Source of the DNA: Eledone cirrhosa
Lineage: Eukaryota
DNA: 64,000 nt
Reading direction: 5' to 3'
Assembly: GCA_964016885.1 (NCBI GenBank)
Contig: OZ024741.1
Location: forward strand, 286,564,001 to 286,628,000
Numbering within the stretch: the stretch's first letter is position 1; every line of letters starts with the position of its first letter. Shown here in pieces: positions 1 through 15,000 of this stretch. The position numbers and the translations under genes are program-made. The notes under the pieces are model-generated. The model worked only from the letters and a program-made list of their open reading frames with translations, was not told the DNA's origin and did not search any database.

Positions 1-3000
1 TTTCCAACCACAATGTCCCAGGTTCTAACCCTACATTTATTCTTTCCAACCACAATGTCCCAGGTTCTAACCCTACATTTGTTCTTTCCAACCACAATGT
101 CCTGGGTTCTAACCCTACATTTGTTCTTTCCAACCACAATGTCCCAGGTTCTAACCCTACATTTGTTCTTTCCAACCACAATGTCCCAGGTTCTAACCCT
201 ACATTTGTTCTTTCCAACCACAATGTCCCAGGTTCTAACCCTACATTTGTGCTTTCCAACCACAATGTCCCAGGTTCTAACCCTACATTTGTTCTTTCCA
301 ACCACAATGTCCCAGGTTCTAACCCTACATTTGTTCTTTGCCAACCACAATGTCCCAGGTTCTAACCCTACATTTCTTCTTTCCAACTACAATGTCCCAG
401 GTTCTAACCCTACATATGTTCTTTCCAACCACAATGTCCTGGGTTCTAACCCTACATTTGTTCTTTCCAACCACAATGTCCCAGGTTCTAACCCTACATT
501 TGTTCTTTCCAACCACAATGTCCCAGGTTCTAACCCTACATTTCTTCTTTCCAACCACAATGTCCCAGGTTATAACCCTACATTTGTTCTTTGCCAACCA
601 CAATGTCCCAGGTTCTAACCCTACATTTGTTCTTTCCAACTACAATGTCCTGGGTTCTAACCCTACATTTATTCTTTCCAACCACAATGTCCTGGGTTCT
701 AACCCTACATTTGTTCTTTCCAACCACAATGTCCCAGGTTCTAACCCTACATTTGTGCTTTCCAACCACAATGTCCCAGGTTCTAACCCTACATTTGTTC
801 TTTCCAACCACAATGTCCCAGGTTCTAACCCTACATTTGTTCTTTGCCAACCACAATGTCCCAGGTTCTAACCCTACATTTGTTCTTTCCAACTACAATG
901 TCCTGGGTTCTAACCCTACATTTATTCTTTCCAACCACAATGTCCTGGGTTCTAACCCTATATTTGTTCTTTGCCAACCACAATGTCCCAGGTTCTAACC
1001 CTACATTTCTTCTTATCAACTACAATGTCCCAGGTTCTAACCCTACATTTGTTCTTTCCAACCACAATGTCCCAGGTTCTAACCCTACATTTGTTCTTTC
1101 CAACCACAATGTCCCAGGTTCTAACCCTACATTTGTTCTTTCCAACCACAATGTCCTGGGTTATAACCCTACATTTGTTCTTTGCCAACCACAATGTCCC
1201 AGGTTCTAACCCTACATTTGTTCTTTCCAACCACAATGTCCCAGGTTCTAACCCTACATTTCTTCTTTCCAACCACAATGTCCCAGGTTCTAACCCTACA
1301 TTTGTTCTTTCCAACCACAATGTCCCAGGTTCTAACCCTACATTTGTGCTTTCCAACCACAATGTCCCAGGTTCTAACCCTACATTTATTCTTTCCAACC
1401 ACAATGTCCTGGGTTCTAACCCTACATTTGTTCTTTGCCAACCACAATATCCTGGGTTCTAACCCTACATTTGTTCTTTCCAACCACAATGTCCCAGGTT
1501 CTAACCCTACATTTGTTCTTTCCAACCACAATGTCCCAGGTTCTAACCCTACATTTCTTCTTTCCAACCACAATGTCCCAGGTTATAACCATACATTTGT
1601 TCTTTGCCAACCACAATGTCCCAGGTTCTAACCCTACATTTGTTCTTTCCAACTACAATGTCCTGGGTTCTAACCCTACATTTGTTCTTTCCAACCACAA
1701 TGTCCCAGGTTCTAACCCTACATTTGTGCTTTCCAACCACAATGTCCCAGGTTCTAACCCTACATTTGTTCTTTCCAACCACAATGTCCCAGGTTCTAAC
1801 CCTACATTTGTTCTTTGCCAACCACAATGTCCCAGGTTCTAACCCTACATTTGTTCTTTCCAACTACAATGTCCTGGGTTCTAACCCTACATTTATTCTT
1901 TCCAACCACAATGTCCTGGGTTCTAACCCTACATTTGTTCTTTGCCAACCACAATGTCCCAGGTTCTAACCCTACATTTCTTCTTATCAACTACAATGTC
2001 CCAGGTTCTAACCCTACATTTGTTCTTTCCAACCACAATGTCCCAGGTTCTAACCCTACATTTGTTCTTTCCAACCACAATGTCCCAGGTTCTAACCCTA
2101 CATTTATTCTTTCCAACCACAATGTCCTGGGTTATAACCCTACATTTGTTCTTTGCCAACCACAATGTCCCAGGTTCTAACCCTACATTTGTTCTTTCCA
2201 ACCACAATGTCCCAGGTTCTAACCCTACATTTCTTCTTTCCAACCACAATGTCCCAGGTTCTAACCCTACATTTGTTCTTTCCAACCACAATGTCCCAGG
2301 TTCTAACCCTACATTTGTGCTTTCCAACCACAATGTCCCAGGTTCTAACCCTACATTTATTCTTTCCAACCACAATGTCCTGGGTTCTAACCCTACATTT
2401 GTTCTTTGCCAACCACAATATCCTGGGTTCTAACCCTACATTTGTTCTTTGCCAACCACAATGTCCCAGGTTCTAACCCTACATTTCTTCTTATCAACTA
2501 CAATGTCCCAGGTTCTAACCCTACATTTATTCTTTCCAACCACAATGTCCCAGGTTCTAACCCTACATTTGTTCTTTCCAACCACAATGTCCCAGGTTCT
2601 AACCCTACATTTGTTCTTTCCAACCACAATGTCCCAGGTTCTAACCCTACATTTGTTCTTTCCAACCACAATGTCCCAGGTTCTAACCCTACATTTGTTC
2701 TTTCCAACCACAATGTCCCAGGTTCTAACCCTACATTTGTTCTTTCCAAACAATGTGCTGGGTTCTAACCCTACATTTGTTCTTTCCAACCACAATGTCC
2801 CAGGTTCTAACCCTACATTTGTTCTTTCCAACCACAATGTCCCAGGTTCTAACCCTACATTTGTTCTTTCCAACCACAATGTCCCAGGTTCTAACCCTAC
2901 ATTTGTGCTTTCCAACCACAATGTCCCAGGTTCTAACCCTACATTTGTTCTTTCCAACCACAATGTTCCAGGTTCTAACCCTACATTTGTTCTTTCCAAC

Positions 3001-6000
3001 CACAATGTCCTGGGTTCTAACCCTACATTTGTTCTTTCCAACCACAATGTCCCAGGTTCTAACCCTACATTTGTGCTTTCCAACCACAATGTCCCAGGTT
3101 CTAACCCTACATTTGTTCTTTCCAACCACAATGTCCCAGGTTCTAACCCTACATTTGTTCTTTGCCAACCACAATGTCCTGGGTTCTAACCCTACATTTG
3201 TTCTTTGCCAACCACAATGTCCCAGGTTCTAACCCTACATTTCTTCTTTCCAACTACAATGTCCCAGGTTCTAACCCTACATTTGTTCTTTCCAACCACA
3301 ATGTCCCAGGTTCTAACCCTACATTTGTTCTTTCCAACTACAATGTCCTGGGTTCTAACCCTACATTTGTTCTTTCCAACCACAATGTCCCAGGTTCTAA
3401 CCCTACATTTGTTCTTTCCAACCACAATGTCCCAGGTTCTAACCCTACATTTGTTCTTTCCAACCACAATGTCCCAGGTTCTAACCCTACATTTGTGCTT
3501 TCCAACCACAATGTCCCAGGTTCTAACCCTACATTTGTTCTTTCCAACCACAATGTCCCAGGTTCTAACCCTACATTTGTTCTTTCCAACTACAATGTCC
3601 CAGGTTCTAACCCTACATTTGTTCTTTGCCAACCACAATGTCCTGCGTTCTAACCCTACATTTGTTCTTTGCCAACCACAATGTCCCAGGTTCTAACCCT
3701 ACATTTCTTCTTTCCAACCACAATGTCCCAGGTTCTAACCCTACATTTATTCTTTCCAACCACAATGTCCCAGGTTCTAACCCTACATTTGTTCTTTCCA
3801 ACCACAATGTCCTGGGTTCTAACCCTACATTTGTTCTTTCCAACCACAATGTCCCAGGTTCTAACCCTACATTTGTTCTTTCCAACCACAATGTCCCAGG
3901 TTCTAACCCTACATTTGTTCTTTCCAACCACAATGTCCCAGGTTCTAACCCTAAATTTGTGCTTTCCAACCACAATGTCCCAGGTTCTAACCCTACATTT
4001 GTTCTTTCCAACCACAATGTCCCAGGTTCTAACCCTACATTTGTTCTTTGCCAACCACAATGTCCCAGGTTCTAACCCTACATTTCTTCTTTCCAACTAC
4101 AATGTCCCAGGTTCTAACCCTACATATGTTCTTTCCAACCACAATGTCCTGGGTTCTAACCCTACATTTGTTCTTTCCAACCACAATGTCCCAGGTTCTA
4201 ACCCTACATTTGTTCTTTCCAACCACAATGTCCCAGGTTCTAACCCTACATTTCTTCTTTCCAACCACAATGTCCCAGGTTATAACCCTACATTTGTTCT
4301 TTGCCAACCACAATGTCCCAGGTTCTAACCCTACATTTGTTCTTTCCAACTACAATGTCCTGGGTTCTAACCCTACATTTATTCTTTCCAACCACAATGT
4401 CCTGGGTTCTAACCCTACATTTGTTCTTTCCAACCACAATGTCCCAGGTTCTAACCCTACATTTGTGCTTTCCAACCACAATGTCCCAGGTTCTAACCCT
4501 ACATTTGTTCTTTCCAACCACAATGTCCCAGGTTCTAACCCTACATTTGTTCTTTGCCAACCACAATGTCCCAGGTTCTAACCCTACATTTGTTCTTTCC
4601 AACTACAATGTCCTGGGTTCTAACCCTACATTTATTCTTTCCAACCACAATGTCCTGGGTTCTAACCCTACATTTGTTCTTTGCCAACCACAATGTCCCA
4701 GGTTCTAACCCTACATTTCTTCTTATCAACTACAATGTCCCAGGTTCTAACCCTACATTTGTTCTTTCCAACCACAATGTCCCAGGTTCTAACCCTACAT
4801 TTGTTCTTTCCAACCACAATGTCCCAGGTTCTAACCCTACATTTGTTCTTTCCAACCACAATGTCCTGGGTTATAACCCTACATTTGTTCTTTGCCAACC
4901 ACAATGTCCCAGGTTCTAACCCTACATTTGTTCTTTCCAACCACAATGTCACAGGTTCTAACCCTACATTTCTTCTTTCCAACCACAATGTCCCAGGTTC
5001 TAACCCTACATTTGTTCTTTCCAACCACAATGTCCCAGGTTCTAACCCTACATTTGTGCTTTCCAACCACAATGTCCCAGGTTCTAACCCTACATTTGTT
5101 CTTTCCAACTACAATGTCCCAGGTTCTAACCCTACATTTATTCTTTCCAACCACAATGTCCTGGGTTCTAACCCTACATTTGTTCTTTGCCAACCACAAT
5201 GTCCTGGGTTCTAACCCTACATTTGTTCTTTGCCAACCACAATGTCCCAGGTTCTAACCCTACATTTCTTCTTATCAACTACAATGTCCCAGGTTCTAAC
5301 CCTACATTTATTCTTTCCAACCACAATGTCCCAGGTTCTAACCCTACATTTGTTCTTTCCAACCACAATGTCCCAGGTTCTAACCCTACATTTGTTCTTT
5401 CCAACCACAATGTCCCAGGTTCTAACCCTACATTTGTTCTTTCCAACCACAATGTCCCAGGTTCTAACCCTACATTTGTTCTTTCCAACCACAATGTCCC
5501 AGGTTCTAACCCTACATTTGTTCTTTCCAAACAATGTGCTGGGTTCTAACCCTACATTTGTTCTTTCCAACCACAATGTCCCAGGTTCTAACTCTACATT
5601 TGTTCTTTCCAACCACAATGTCCCAGGTTCTAACCCTACATTTGTTCTTTCCAACCACAATGTCCCAGGTTCTAACCCTACATTTGTGCTTTCCAACCAC
5701 AATGTCCCAGGTTCTAACCCTACATTTGTTCTTTCCAACCACAATGTCCCAGGTTCTAACCCTACATTTGTTCTTTGCCAACCACAATCTCCCAGGTTCT
5801 AACCCTACATTTCTTCTTTCCAACTACAATGTCCCAGGTTCTAACCCTACATTTGTTCTTTCCAACCACAATGTCCTGGGTTCTAACCCTACATTTGTTC
5901 TTTCCAACCACAATGTCCCAGGTTCTAACCCTACATTTGTTCTTTCCAACCACAATGTCCCAGGTTCTAACCCTACATTTGTTCTTTCCAACCACAATGT

Positions 6001-9000
6001 CCCAGGTTCTAACCCTACATTTCTTCTTTCCAACCACAATGTCCCAGGTTCTAACCCTACATTTGTTCTTTCCAACCACAATGTCCCAGGTTCTAACCCT
6101 ACATTTGTGCTTTCCAACCACAATGTCCCAGGTTCTAACCCTACATTTATTCTTTCCAACCACAATGTCCTGGGTTCTAACCCTACATTTGTTCTTTGCC
6201 AACCACAATGTCCTGGGTTCTAACCCTACATTTGTTCTTTCCAACCACAATGTCCCAGGTTCTAACCCTACATTTGTTCTTTCCAACCACAATGTCCCAG
6301 GTTCTAACCCTACATTTCTTCTTTCCAACCACAATGTCCCAGGTTATAACCCTACATTTGTTCTTTGCCAACCACAATGTCCCAGGTTCTAACCCTACAT
6401 TTGTTCTTTCCAACTACAATGTCCTGGGTTCTAACCCTACATTTATTCTTTCCAACCACAATGTCCTGGGTTCTAACCCTACATTTGTTCTTTCCAACCA
6501 CAATGTCCCAGGTTCTAACCCTACATTTGTGCTTTCCAACCACAATGTCCCAGGTTCTAACCCTACATTTGTTCTTTCCAACCACAATGTCCCAGGTTCT
6601 AACCCTACATTTGTTCTTTGCCAACCACAATGTCCCAGGTTCTAACCCTACATTTGTTCTTTCCAACTACAATGTCCTGGGTTCTAACCCTACATTTATT
6701 CTTTCCAACCACAATGTCCTGGGTTCTAACCCTACATTTGTTCTTTGCCAACCACAATGTCCCAGGTTCTAACCCTACATTTCTTCTTATCAACTACAAT
6801 GTCCCAGGTTCTAACCCTACATTTGTTCTTTCCAACCACAATGTCCCAGGTTCTAACCCTACATTTGTTCTTTCCAACCACAATGTCCCAGGTTCTAACC
6901 CTACATTTATTCTTTCCAACCACAATGTCCTGGGTTATAACCCTACATTTGTTCTTTGCCAACCACAATGTCCCAGGTTCTAACCCTACATTTGTTCTTT
7001 CCAACCACAATGTCCCAGGTTCTAACCCTACATTTCTTCTTTCCAACCACAATGTCCCAGGTTCTAACCCTACATTTGTTCTTTCCAACCACAATGTCCC
7101 AGGTTCTAACCCTACATTTGTGCTTTCCAACCACAATGTCCCAGGTTCTAACCCTACATTTATTCTTTCCAACCACAATGGCCTGGGTTCTAACCCTACA
7201 TTTGTTCTTTGCCAACCACAATGTCCTGGGTTCTAACCCTACATTTGTTCTTTGCCAACCACAATGTCCCAGGTTCTAACCCTACATTTCTTCTTATCAA
7301 CTACAATGTCCCAGGTTCTAACCCTACATTTATTCTTTCCAACCACAATGTCCCAGGTTCTAACCCTACATTTGTTCTTTCCAACCACAATGTCCCAGGT
7401 TCTAACCCTACATTTGTTCTTTCCAACCACAATGTCCCAGGTTCTAACACTACATTTGTTCTTTCCAACCACAATGTCCCAGGTTCTAACCCTACATTTG
7501 TTCTTTCCAACCACAATGTCCCAGGTTCTAACCCTACATTTGTTCTTTCCAAACAATGTGCTGGGTTCTAACCCTACATTTGTTCTTTCCAACCACAATG
7601 TCCCAGGTTCTAACCCTACATTTGTTCTTTCCAACCACAATGTCCCAGGTTCTAACCCTACATTTGTTCTTTCCAACCACAATGTCCCAGGTTCTAACCC
7701 TACATTTGTGCTTTCCAACCACAATGTCCCAGGTTCTAACCCTACATTTGTTCTTTCCAACCACAATGTTCCAGGTTCTAACCCTACATTTGTTCTTTCC
7801 AACCACAATGTCCTGGGTTCTAACCCTACATTTGTTCTTTCCAACCACAATGTCCCAGGTTCTAACCCTACATTTGTGCTTTCCAACCACAATGTCCCAG
7901 GTTCTAACCCTACATTTGTTCTTTCCAACCACAATGTCCCAGGTTCTAACCCTACATTTGTTCTTTGCCAACCACAATGTCCTGGGTTCTAACCCTACAT
8001 TTGTTCTTTGCCAACCACAATGTCCCAGGTTCTAACCCTACATTTCTTCTTTCCAACTACAATGTCCCAGGTTCTAACCCTACATTTGTTCTTTCCAACC
8101 ACAATGTCCCAGGTTCTAACCCTACATTTGTTCTTTCCAACTACAATGTCCTGGGTTCTAACCCTACATTTGTTCTTTCCAACCACAATGTCCCAGGTTC
8201 TAACCCTACATTTGTTCTTTCCAACCACAATGTCCCAGGTTCTAACCCTACATTTGTTCTTTCCAACCACAATGTCCCAGGTTCTAACCCTACATTTGTG
8301 CTTTCCAACCACAATGTCCCAGGTTCTAACCCTACATTTGTTCTTTCCAACCACAATGTCCCAGGTTCTAACCCTACATTTGTTCTTTCCAACTACAATG
8401 TCCCAGGTTCTAACCCTACATTTGTTCTTTGCCAACCACAATGTCCTGCGTTCTAACCCTACATTTGTTCTTTGCCAACCACAATGTCCCAGGTTCTAAC
8501 CCTACATTTCTTCTTTCCAACCACAATGTCCCAGGTTCTAACCCTACATTTATTCTTTCCAACCACAATGTCCCAGGTTCTAACCCTACATTTGTTCTTT
8601 CCAACCACAATGTCCTGGGTTCTAACCCTACATTTGTTCTTTCCAACCACAATGTCCCAGGTTCTAACCCTACATTTGTTCTTTCCAACCACAATGTCCC
8701 AGGTTCTAACCCTACATTTGTTCTTTCCAACCACAATGTCCCAGGTTCTAACCCTAAATTTGTGCTTTCCAACCACAATGTCCCAGGTTCTAACCCTACA
8801 TTTGTTCTTTCCAACCACAATGTCCCAGGTTCTAACCCTACATTTGTTCTTTGCCAACCACAATGTCCCAGGTTCTAACCCTACATTTCTTCTTTCCAAC
8901 TACAATGTCCCAGGTTCTAACCCTACATATGTTCTTTCCAACCACAATGTCCTGGGTTCTAACCCTACATTTGTTCTTTCCAACCACAATGTCCCAGGTT

Positions 9001-12000
9001 CTAACCCTACATTTGTTCTTTCCAACCACAATGTCCCAGGTTCTAACCCTACATTTCTTCTTTCCAACCACAATGTCCCAGGTTATAACCCTACATTTGT
9101 TCTTTGCCAACCACAATGTCCCAGGTTCTAACCCTACATTTGTTCTTTCCAACTACAATGTCCTGGGTTCTAACCCTACATTTATTCTTTCCAACCACAA
9201 TGTCCCAGGTTCTAACCCTACATTTGTTCTTTCCAACCACAATGTCCCAGGTTCTAACCCTACATTTGTGCTTTCCAACCACAATGTCCCAGGTTCTAAC
9301 CCTACATTTGTTCTTTCCAACCACAATGTCCCAGGTTCTAACCCTACATTTGTTCTTTGCCAACCACAATGTCCCAGGTTCTAACCCTACATTTGTTCTT
9401 TCCAACTACAATGTCCTGGGTTCTAACCCTACATTTATTCTTTCCAACCACAATGTCCTGGGTTCTAACCCTACATTTGTTCTTTGCCAACCACAATGTC
9501 CCAGGTTCTAACCCTACATTTCTTCTTATCAACTACAATGTCCCAGGTTCTAACCCTACATTTGTTCTTTCCAACCACAATGTCCCAGGTTCTAACCCTA
9601 CATTTGTTCTTTCCAACCACAATGTCCCAGGTTCTAACCCTACATTTGTTCTTTCCAACCACAATGTCCTGGGTTATAACCCTACATTTGTTCTTTGCCA
9701 ACCACAATGTCCCAGGTTCTAACCCTACATTTGTTCTTTCCAACCACAATGTCACAGGTTCTAACCCTACATTTCTTCTTTCCAACCACAATGTCCCAGG
9801 TTCTAACCCTACATTTGTTCTTTCCAACCACAATGTCCCAGGTTCTAACCCTACATTTGTGCTTTCCAACCACAATGTCCCAGGTTCTAACCCTACATTT
9901 GTTCTTTCCAACTACAATGTCCCAGGTTCTAACCCTACATTTATTCTTTCCAACCACAATGTCCTGGGTTCTAACCCTACATTTGTTCTTTGCCAACCAC
10001 AATGTCCTGGGTTCTAACCCTACATTTGTTCTTTGCCAACCACAATGTCCCAGGTTCTAACCCTACATTTCTTCTTATCAACTACAATGTCCCAGGTTCT
10101 AACCCTACATTTATTCTTTCCAACCACAATGTCCCAGGTTCTAACCCTACATTTGTTCTTTCCAACCACAATGTCCCAGGTTCTAACCCTACATTTGTTC
10201 TTTCCAACCACAATGTCCCAGGTTCTAACCCTACATTTGTTCTTTCCAACCACAATGTCCCAGGTTCTAACCCTACATTTGTTCTTTCCAACCACAATGT
10301 CCCAGGTTCTAACCCTACATTTGTTCTTTCCAAACAATGTGCTGGGTTCTAACCCTACATTTGTTCTTTCCAACCACAATGTCCCAGGTTCTAACTCTAC
10401 ATTTGTTCTTTCCAACCACAATGTCCCAGGTTCTAACCCTACATTTGTTCTTTCCAACCACAATGTCCCAGGTTCTAACCCTACATTTGTGCTTTCCAAC
10501 CACAATGTCCCAGGTTCTAACCCTACATTTGTTCTTTCCAACCACAATGTCCCAGGTTCTAACCCTACATTTGTTCTTTGCCAACCACAATCTCCCAGGT
10601 TCTAACCCTACATTTCTTCTTTCCAACTACAATGTCCCAGGTTCTAACCCTACATTTGTTCTTTCCAACCACAATGTCCTGGGTTCTAACCCTACATTTG
10701 TTCTTTCCAACCACAATGTCCCAGGTTCTAACCCTACATTTGTGCTTTCCAACCACAATGTCCCAGGTTCTAACCCTACATTTGTTCTTTCCAACCACAA
10801 TGTCCCAGGTTCTAACCCTACATTTGTTCTTTGCCAACCACAATGTCCTGGGTTCTAACCCTACATTTGTTCTTTGCCAACCACAATGTCCCAGGTTCTA
10901 ACCCTACATTTCTTCTTTCCAACTACAATGTCCCAGGTTCTAACCCTACATTTGTTCTTTCCAACCACAATGTCCCAGGTTCTAACCCTACATTTGTTCT
11001 TTCCAACTACAATGTCCTGGGTTCTAACCCTACATTTGTTCTTTCCAACCACAATGTTCCAGGTTCTAACCCTACATTTGTTCTTTCCAACCACAATGTC
11101 CCAGGTTCTAACCCTACATTTGTTCTTTCCAACCACAATGTCCCAGGTTCTAACCCTACATTTGTGCTTTCCAACCACAATGTCCCAGGTTCTAACCCTA
11201 CATTTGTTCTTTCCAACCACAATGTCCTGGGTTCTAACCCTACATTTGTTCTTTGCCAACCACAATGTCCCAGGTTCTAACCCTACATTTGTTCTTTGCC
11301 AACCACAATGTCCCAGGTTCTAACCCTACATTTCTTCTTTCCAACTACAATGACCCAGGTTCTAACCCTACATTTGTGCTTTCCAACCACAATGTCCCAG
11401 GTTCTAACCCTACATTTGTTCTTTCCAACCACAATGTCCCAGGTTCTAACCCTACATTTGTTCTTTCCAACTACAATGTCCTGGGTTCTAACCCTACATT
11501 TGTTCTTTCCAACCACAATGTCCCAGGTTCTAACCCTACATTTGTTCTTTCCAACCACAATGTCCTGGGTTCTAACCCTACATTTGTTCTTTCCAACCAC
11601 AATGTCCCTGGTTCTAACCCTACATTTGTTCTTTCCAACCACAATGTCCTGGGTTCTAACCCTACATTTGTTCTTTCCAACCACAATGTCCCTGGTTCTA
11701 ACCCTACATTTGTTCTTTCCAACCACAATGTCCCAGGTTCTAACCCTACATTTGTTCTTTCCAACCACAATGTCCCAGGTTCTAACCCTACATTTGTTCT
11801 TTCCAACCACAATGTCCCAGGTTCTAACCCTACATTTGTTCTTTCCAACCACAATGTCCCAGGTTCTAACCCTACATTTGTTCTTTCCAACCACAATGCC
11901 CTGGGTTCTAACCCTACATTTGTTCTTTCCAACCACAATGTCCCAGGTTATAACCCTACATTTGTTCTTTCCAACCACAATGTCCCAGGTTCTAACCCTA

Positions 12001-15000
12001 CATTTGTTCTTTCCAACCACAATGTCCCAGGTTCTAACCCTACATTTGTTCTTTCCAACCACAATGTCCCAGGTTCTAACCCTACATTTGTTCTTTGCAA
12101 CCACAATGTCCCAGGTTCTAACCCTACATTTGTTCTTTCCAACGACAATGTCCCAGGTTCTAACCCTACATTTGTTCTTTCCAACCACAATGTCCCAGGT
12201 TCTAACCCTACATTTGTTCTTTCCAACCACAATGTCCCTGGTTCTAACCCTACATTTGTTCTTTCCAACCACAATGTCCCAGGTTCTAACCCTACATTTG
12301 TGCTTTCCAACCACAATGTCCCAGGTTCTAACCCTACATTTGTTCTTTCCAACCACAATGTCCTGGGTTCTAACCCTACATTTGTTCTTTCCAACCACAA
12401 TGTCCTGGGTTCTAACCCTACATTTGTTCTTTCCAACCACAATGTCCTGGGTTCTAACCCTACATTTGTTCTTTCCAACCACAATGTCCCAGGTTCTAAC
12501 CCTACATTTGTTCTTTCCAACCACAATGTCCTGGGTTCTAACCCTACATTTGTTCTTTCCAACCACAATGTCCCAGGTTCTAACCCTACATTTGTTCTTT
12601 CCAACCACAATGTCCCAGGTTCTAACCCTACATTTGTTCTTTCCAACCACAATGTCCCAGGTTCTAACCCTACATTTGTTCTTTCCAACCACAATGTCCC
12701 AGGTTCTAACCCTACATTTATTCTTTCCAACCACAATGTCCCAGGTTCTAACCCTACATTTGTGCTTTCCAACCACAATGTCCCAGGTTCTAACCCTACA
12801 TTTGTGCTTTCCAACCACAATGTACCAGGTTCTAACCCTACATTTCTTCTTTCCAACCACAATGTCCTGGGTTCTAACCCTACATTTGTTCTTTCCAACC
12901 ACAATGTCCTGGGTTCTAACCCTACATTTGTTCTTTCCAACCACAATGTCCTGGGTTCTAACCCTACATTTGTGCTTTCCAACCACAATGTACCAGGTTC
13001 TAACCCTACATTTGTTCTTTCCAACCACAATGTCCAAGGTTCTAACCCTACATTTGTTCTTTCCAACCACAATGTCCTGGGTTCTAACCCTACATTTGTT
13101 CTTTCCAACCACAATGTCCTGTGTTCTAACCCTACATTTGTTCTTTCCAACCACAATGTCCCTGGTTCTAACCCTACATTTGTTCTTTCCAACCACAATG
13201 TCCCAGGTTCTAACCCTACATTTGTTCTTTCCAACCACAATGTCCTGGGTTCTAACCCTACATTTGTTCTTTCCAACTACAATGTCCAAGGTCCTAACCC
13301 TACATTTGTTCTTTCCAACCACAATGTCCTGGGTTCTAACCCTACATTTCTTCTTTCCAACTACAATGTCCCAGGTTCTAACCCTACATTTCTTCTTTCC
13401 AACTACAATGTCCCAGGTTCTAACCCTACATTTGTTCTTTCCAACCACAATGTCCTGGGTCCTAACCCTACATTTGTTCTTTCCAACCACAATGTCCTGG
13501 GTTCTAACCCTACATTTGTTCTTTCCAACCACAATGTCCCAGGTTCTAACCCTACATTTGTTCTTTCCAACCACAATGTCCCAGGTTCTAACCCTACATT
13601 TGTTCTTTCCAACCACAATGTCCCAGGTTCTAACCGTACATTTGTTCTTTCCAACCACAATGTTCCAGGTTCTAACCCTACATTTGTTCTTTCCAACCAC
13701 AATGTCCCAGGTTCTAACCCTACATTTGTTCTTTCCAACCACAATATCCTGGGTTCTAACCCTACATTTGTTCTTTCCAACTACAATCTCCTGGGTTCTA
13801 ACCCTACATTTGTTCTTTCCAACCACAATATCCCAGGTTCTAACCCTACATTTGTTCTTTGCCAACCACAATGTCCTGGGTTCTAACCCTACATTTGTTC
13901 TTTGCCAACCACAATGTCCCAGGTTCTAACCCTACATTTCTTCTTTCCAACTACAATGTCCCAGGTTCTAACCCTACATTTGTTCTTTCCAACCACAATG
14001 TCCCAGGTTCTAACCCTACATTTGTTCTTTCCAACTACAATGTCCTGGGTTCTAACCCTACATTTGTTCTTTCCAACCACAATGTCCCAGGTTCTAACCC
14101 TACATTTGTTCTTTCCAACCACAACGTCCCAGGTTCTAACCCTACATTTGTGCTTTCCAACCACAATGTACCAGGTTCTAACCCTACATTTGTTCTTTCC
14201 AACCACAATGTCCTGGGTTCTAACCCTACATTTCTTCTTTCCAACTACAATGTCCCAGGTTCTAACCCTACATTTCTTCTTTCCAACTACAATGTCCCAG
14301 GTTCAAACCCTACATTTGTTCTTTCCAACCACAATGTCCTGGGTCCTAACCCTACATTTGTTCTTTCCAACCACAATGTCCTGGGTTCTAACCCTACATT
14401 TGTTCTTTCCAACCACAATGTCCCAGGTTCTAACCCTACATTTGTTCTTTCCAACCACAATGTCCCAGGTTCTAACCCTACATTTGTTCTTTCCAACCAC
14501 AATGTCCCAGGTTCTAACCGTACATTTGTTCTTTCCAACCACAATGTTCCAGGTTCTAACCCTACATTTGTTCTTTCCAACCACAATGTCCCAGGTTCTA
14601 ACCCTACATTTGTTCTTTCCAACCACAATATCCTGGGTTCTAACCCTACATTTGTTCTTTCCAACTACAATCTCCTGGGTTCTAACCCTACATTTGTTCT
14701 TTCCAACCACAATATCCCAAGTTCTAACCCTACATTTGTTCTTTGCCAACCACAATGTCCTGGGTTCTAACCCTACATTTGTTCTTTGCCAACCACAATG
14801 TCCCAGGTTCTAACCCTACATTTCTTCTTTCCAACTACAATGTCCCAGGTTCTAACCCTACATTTGTTCTTTCCAACCACAATGTCCCAGGTTCTAACCC
14901 TACATTTGTTCTTTCCAACTACAATGTCCTGGGTTCTAACCCTACATTTGTTCTTTCCAACCACAATGTCCCAGGTTCTAACCCTACATTTGTTCTTTCC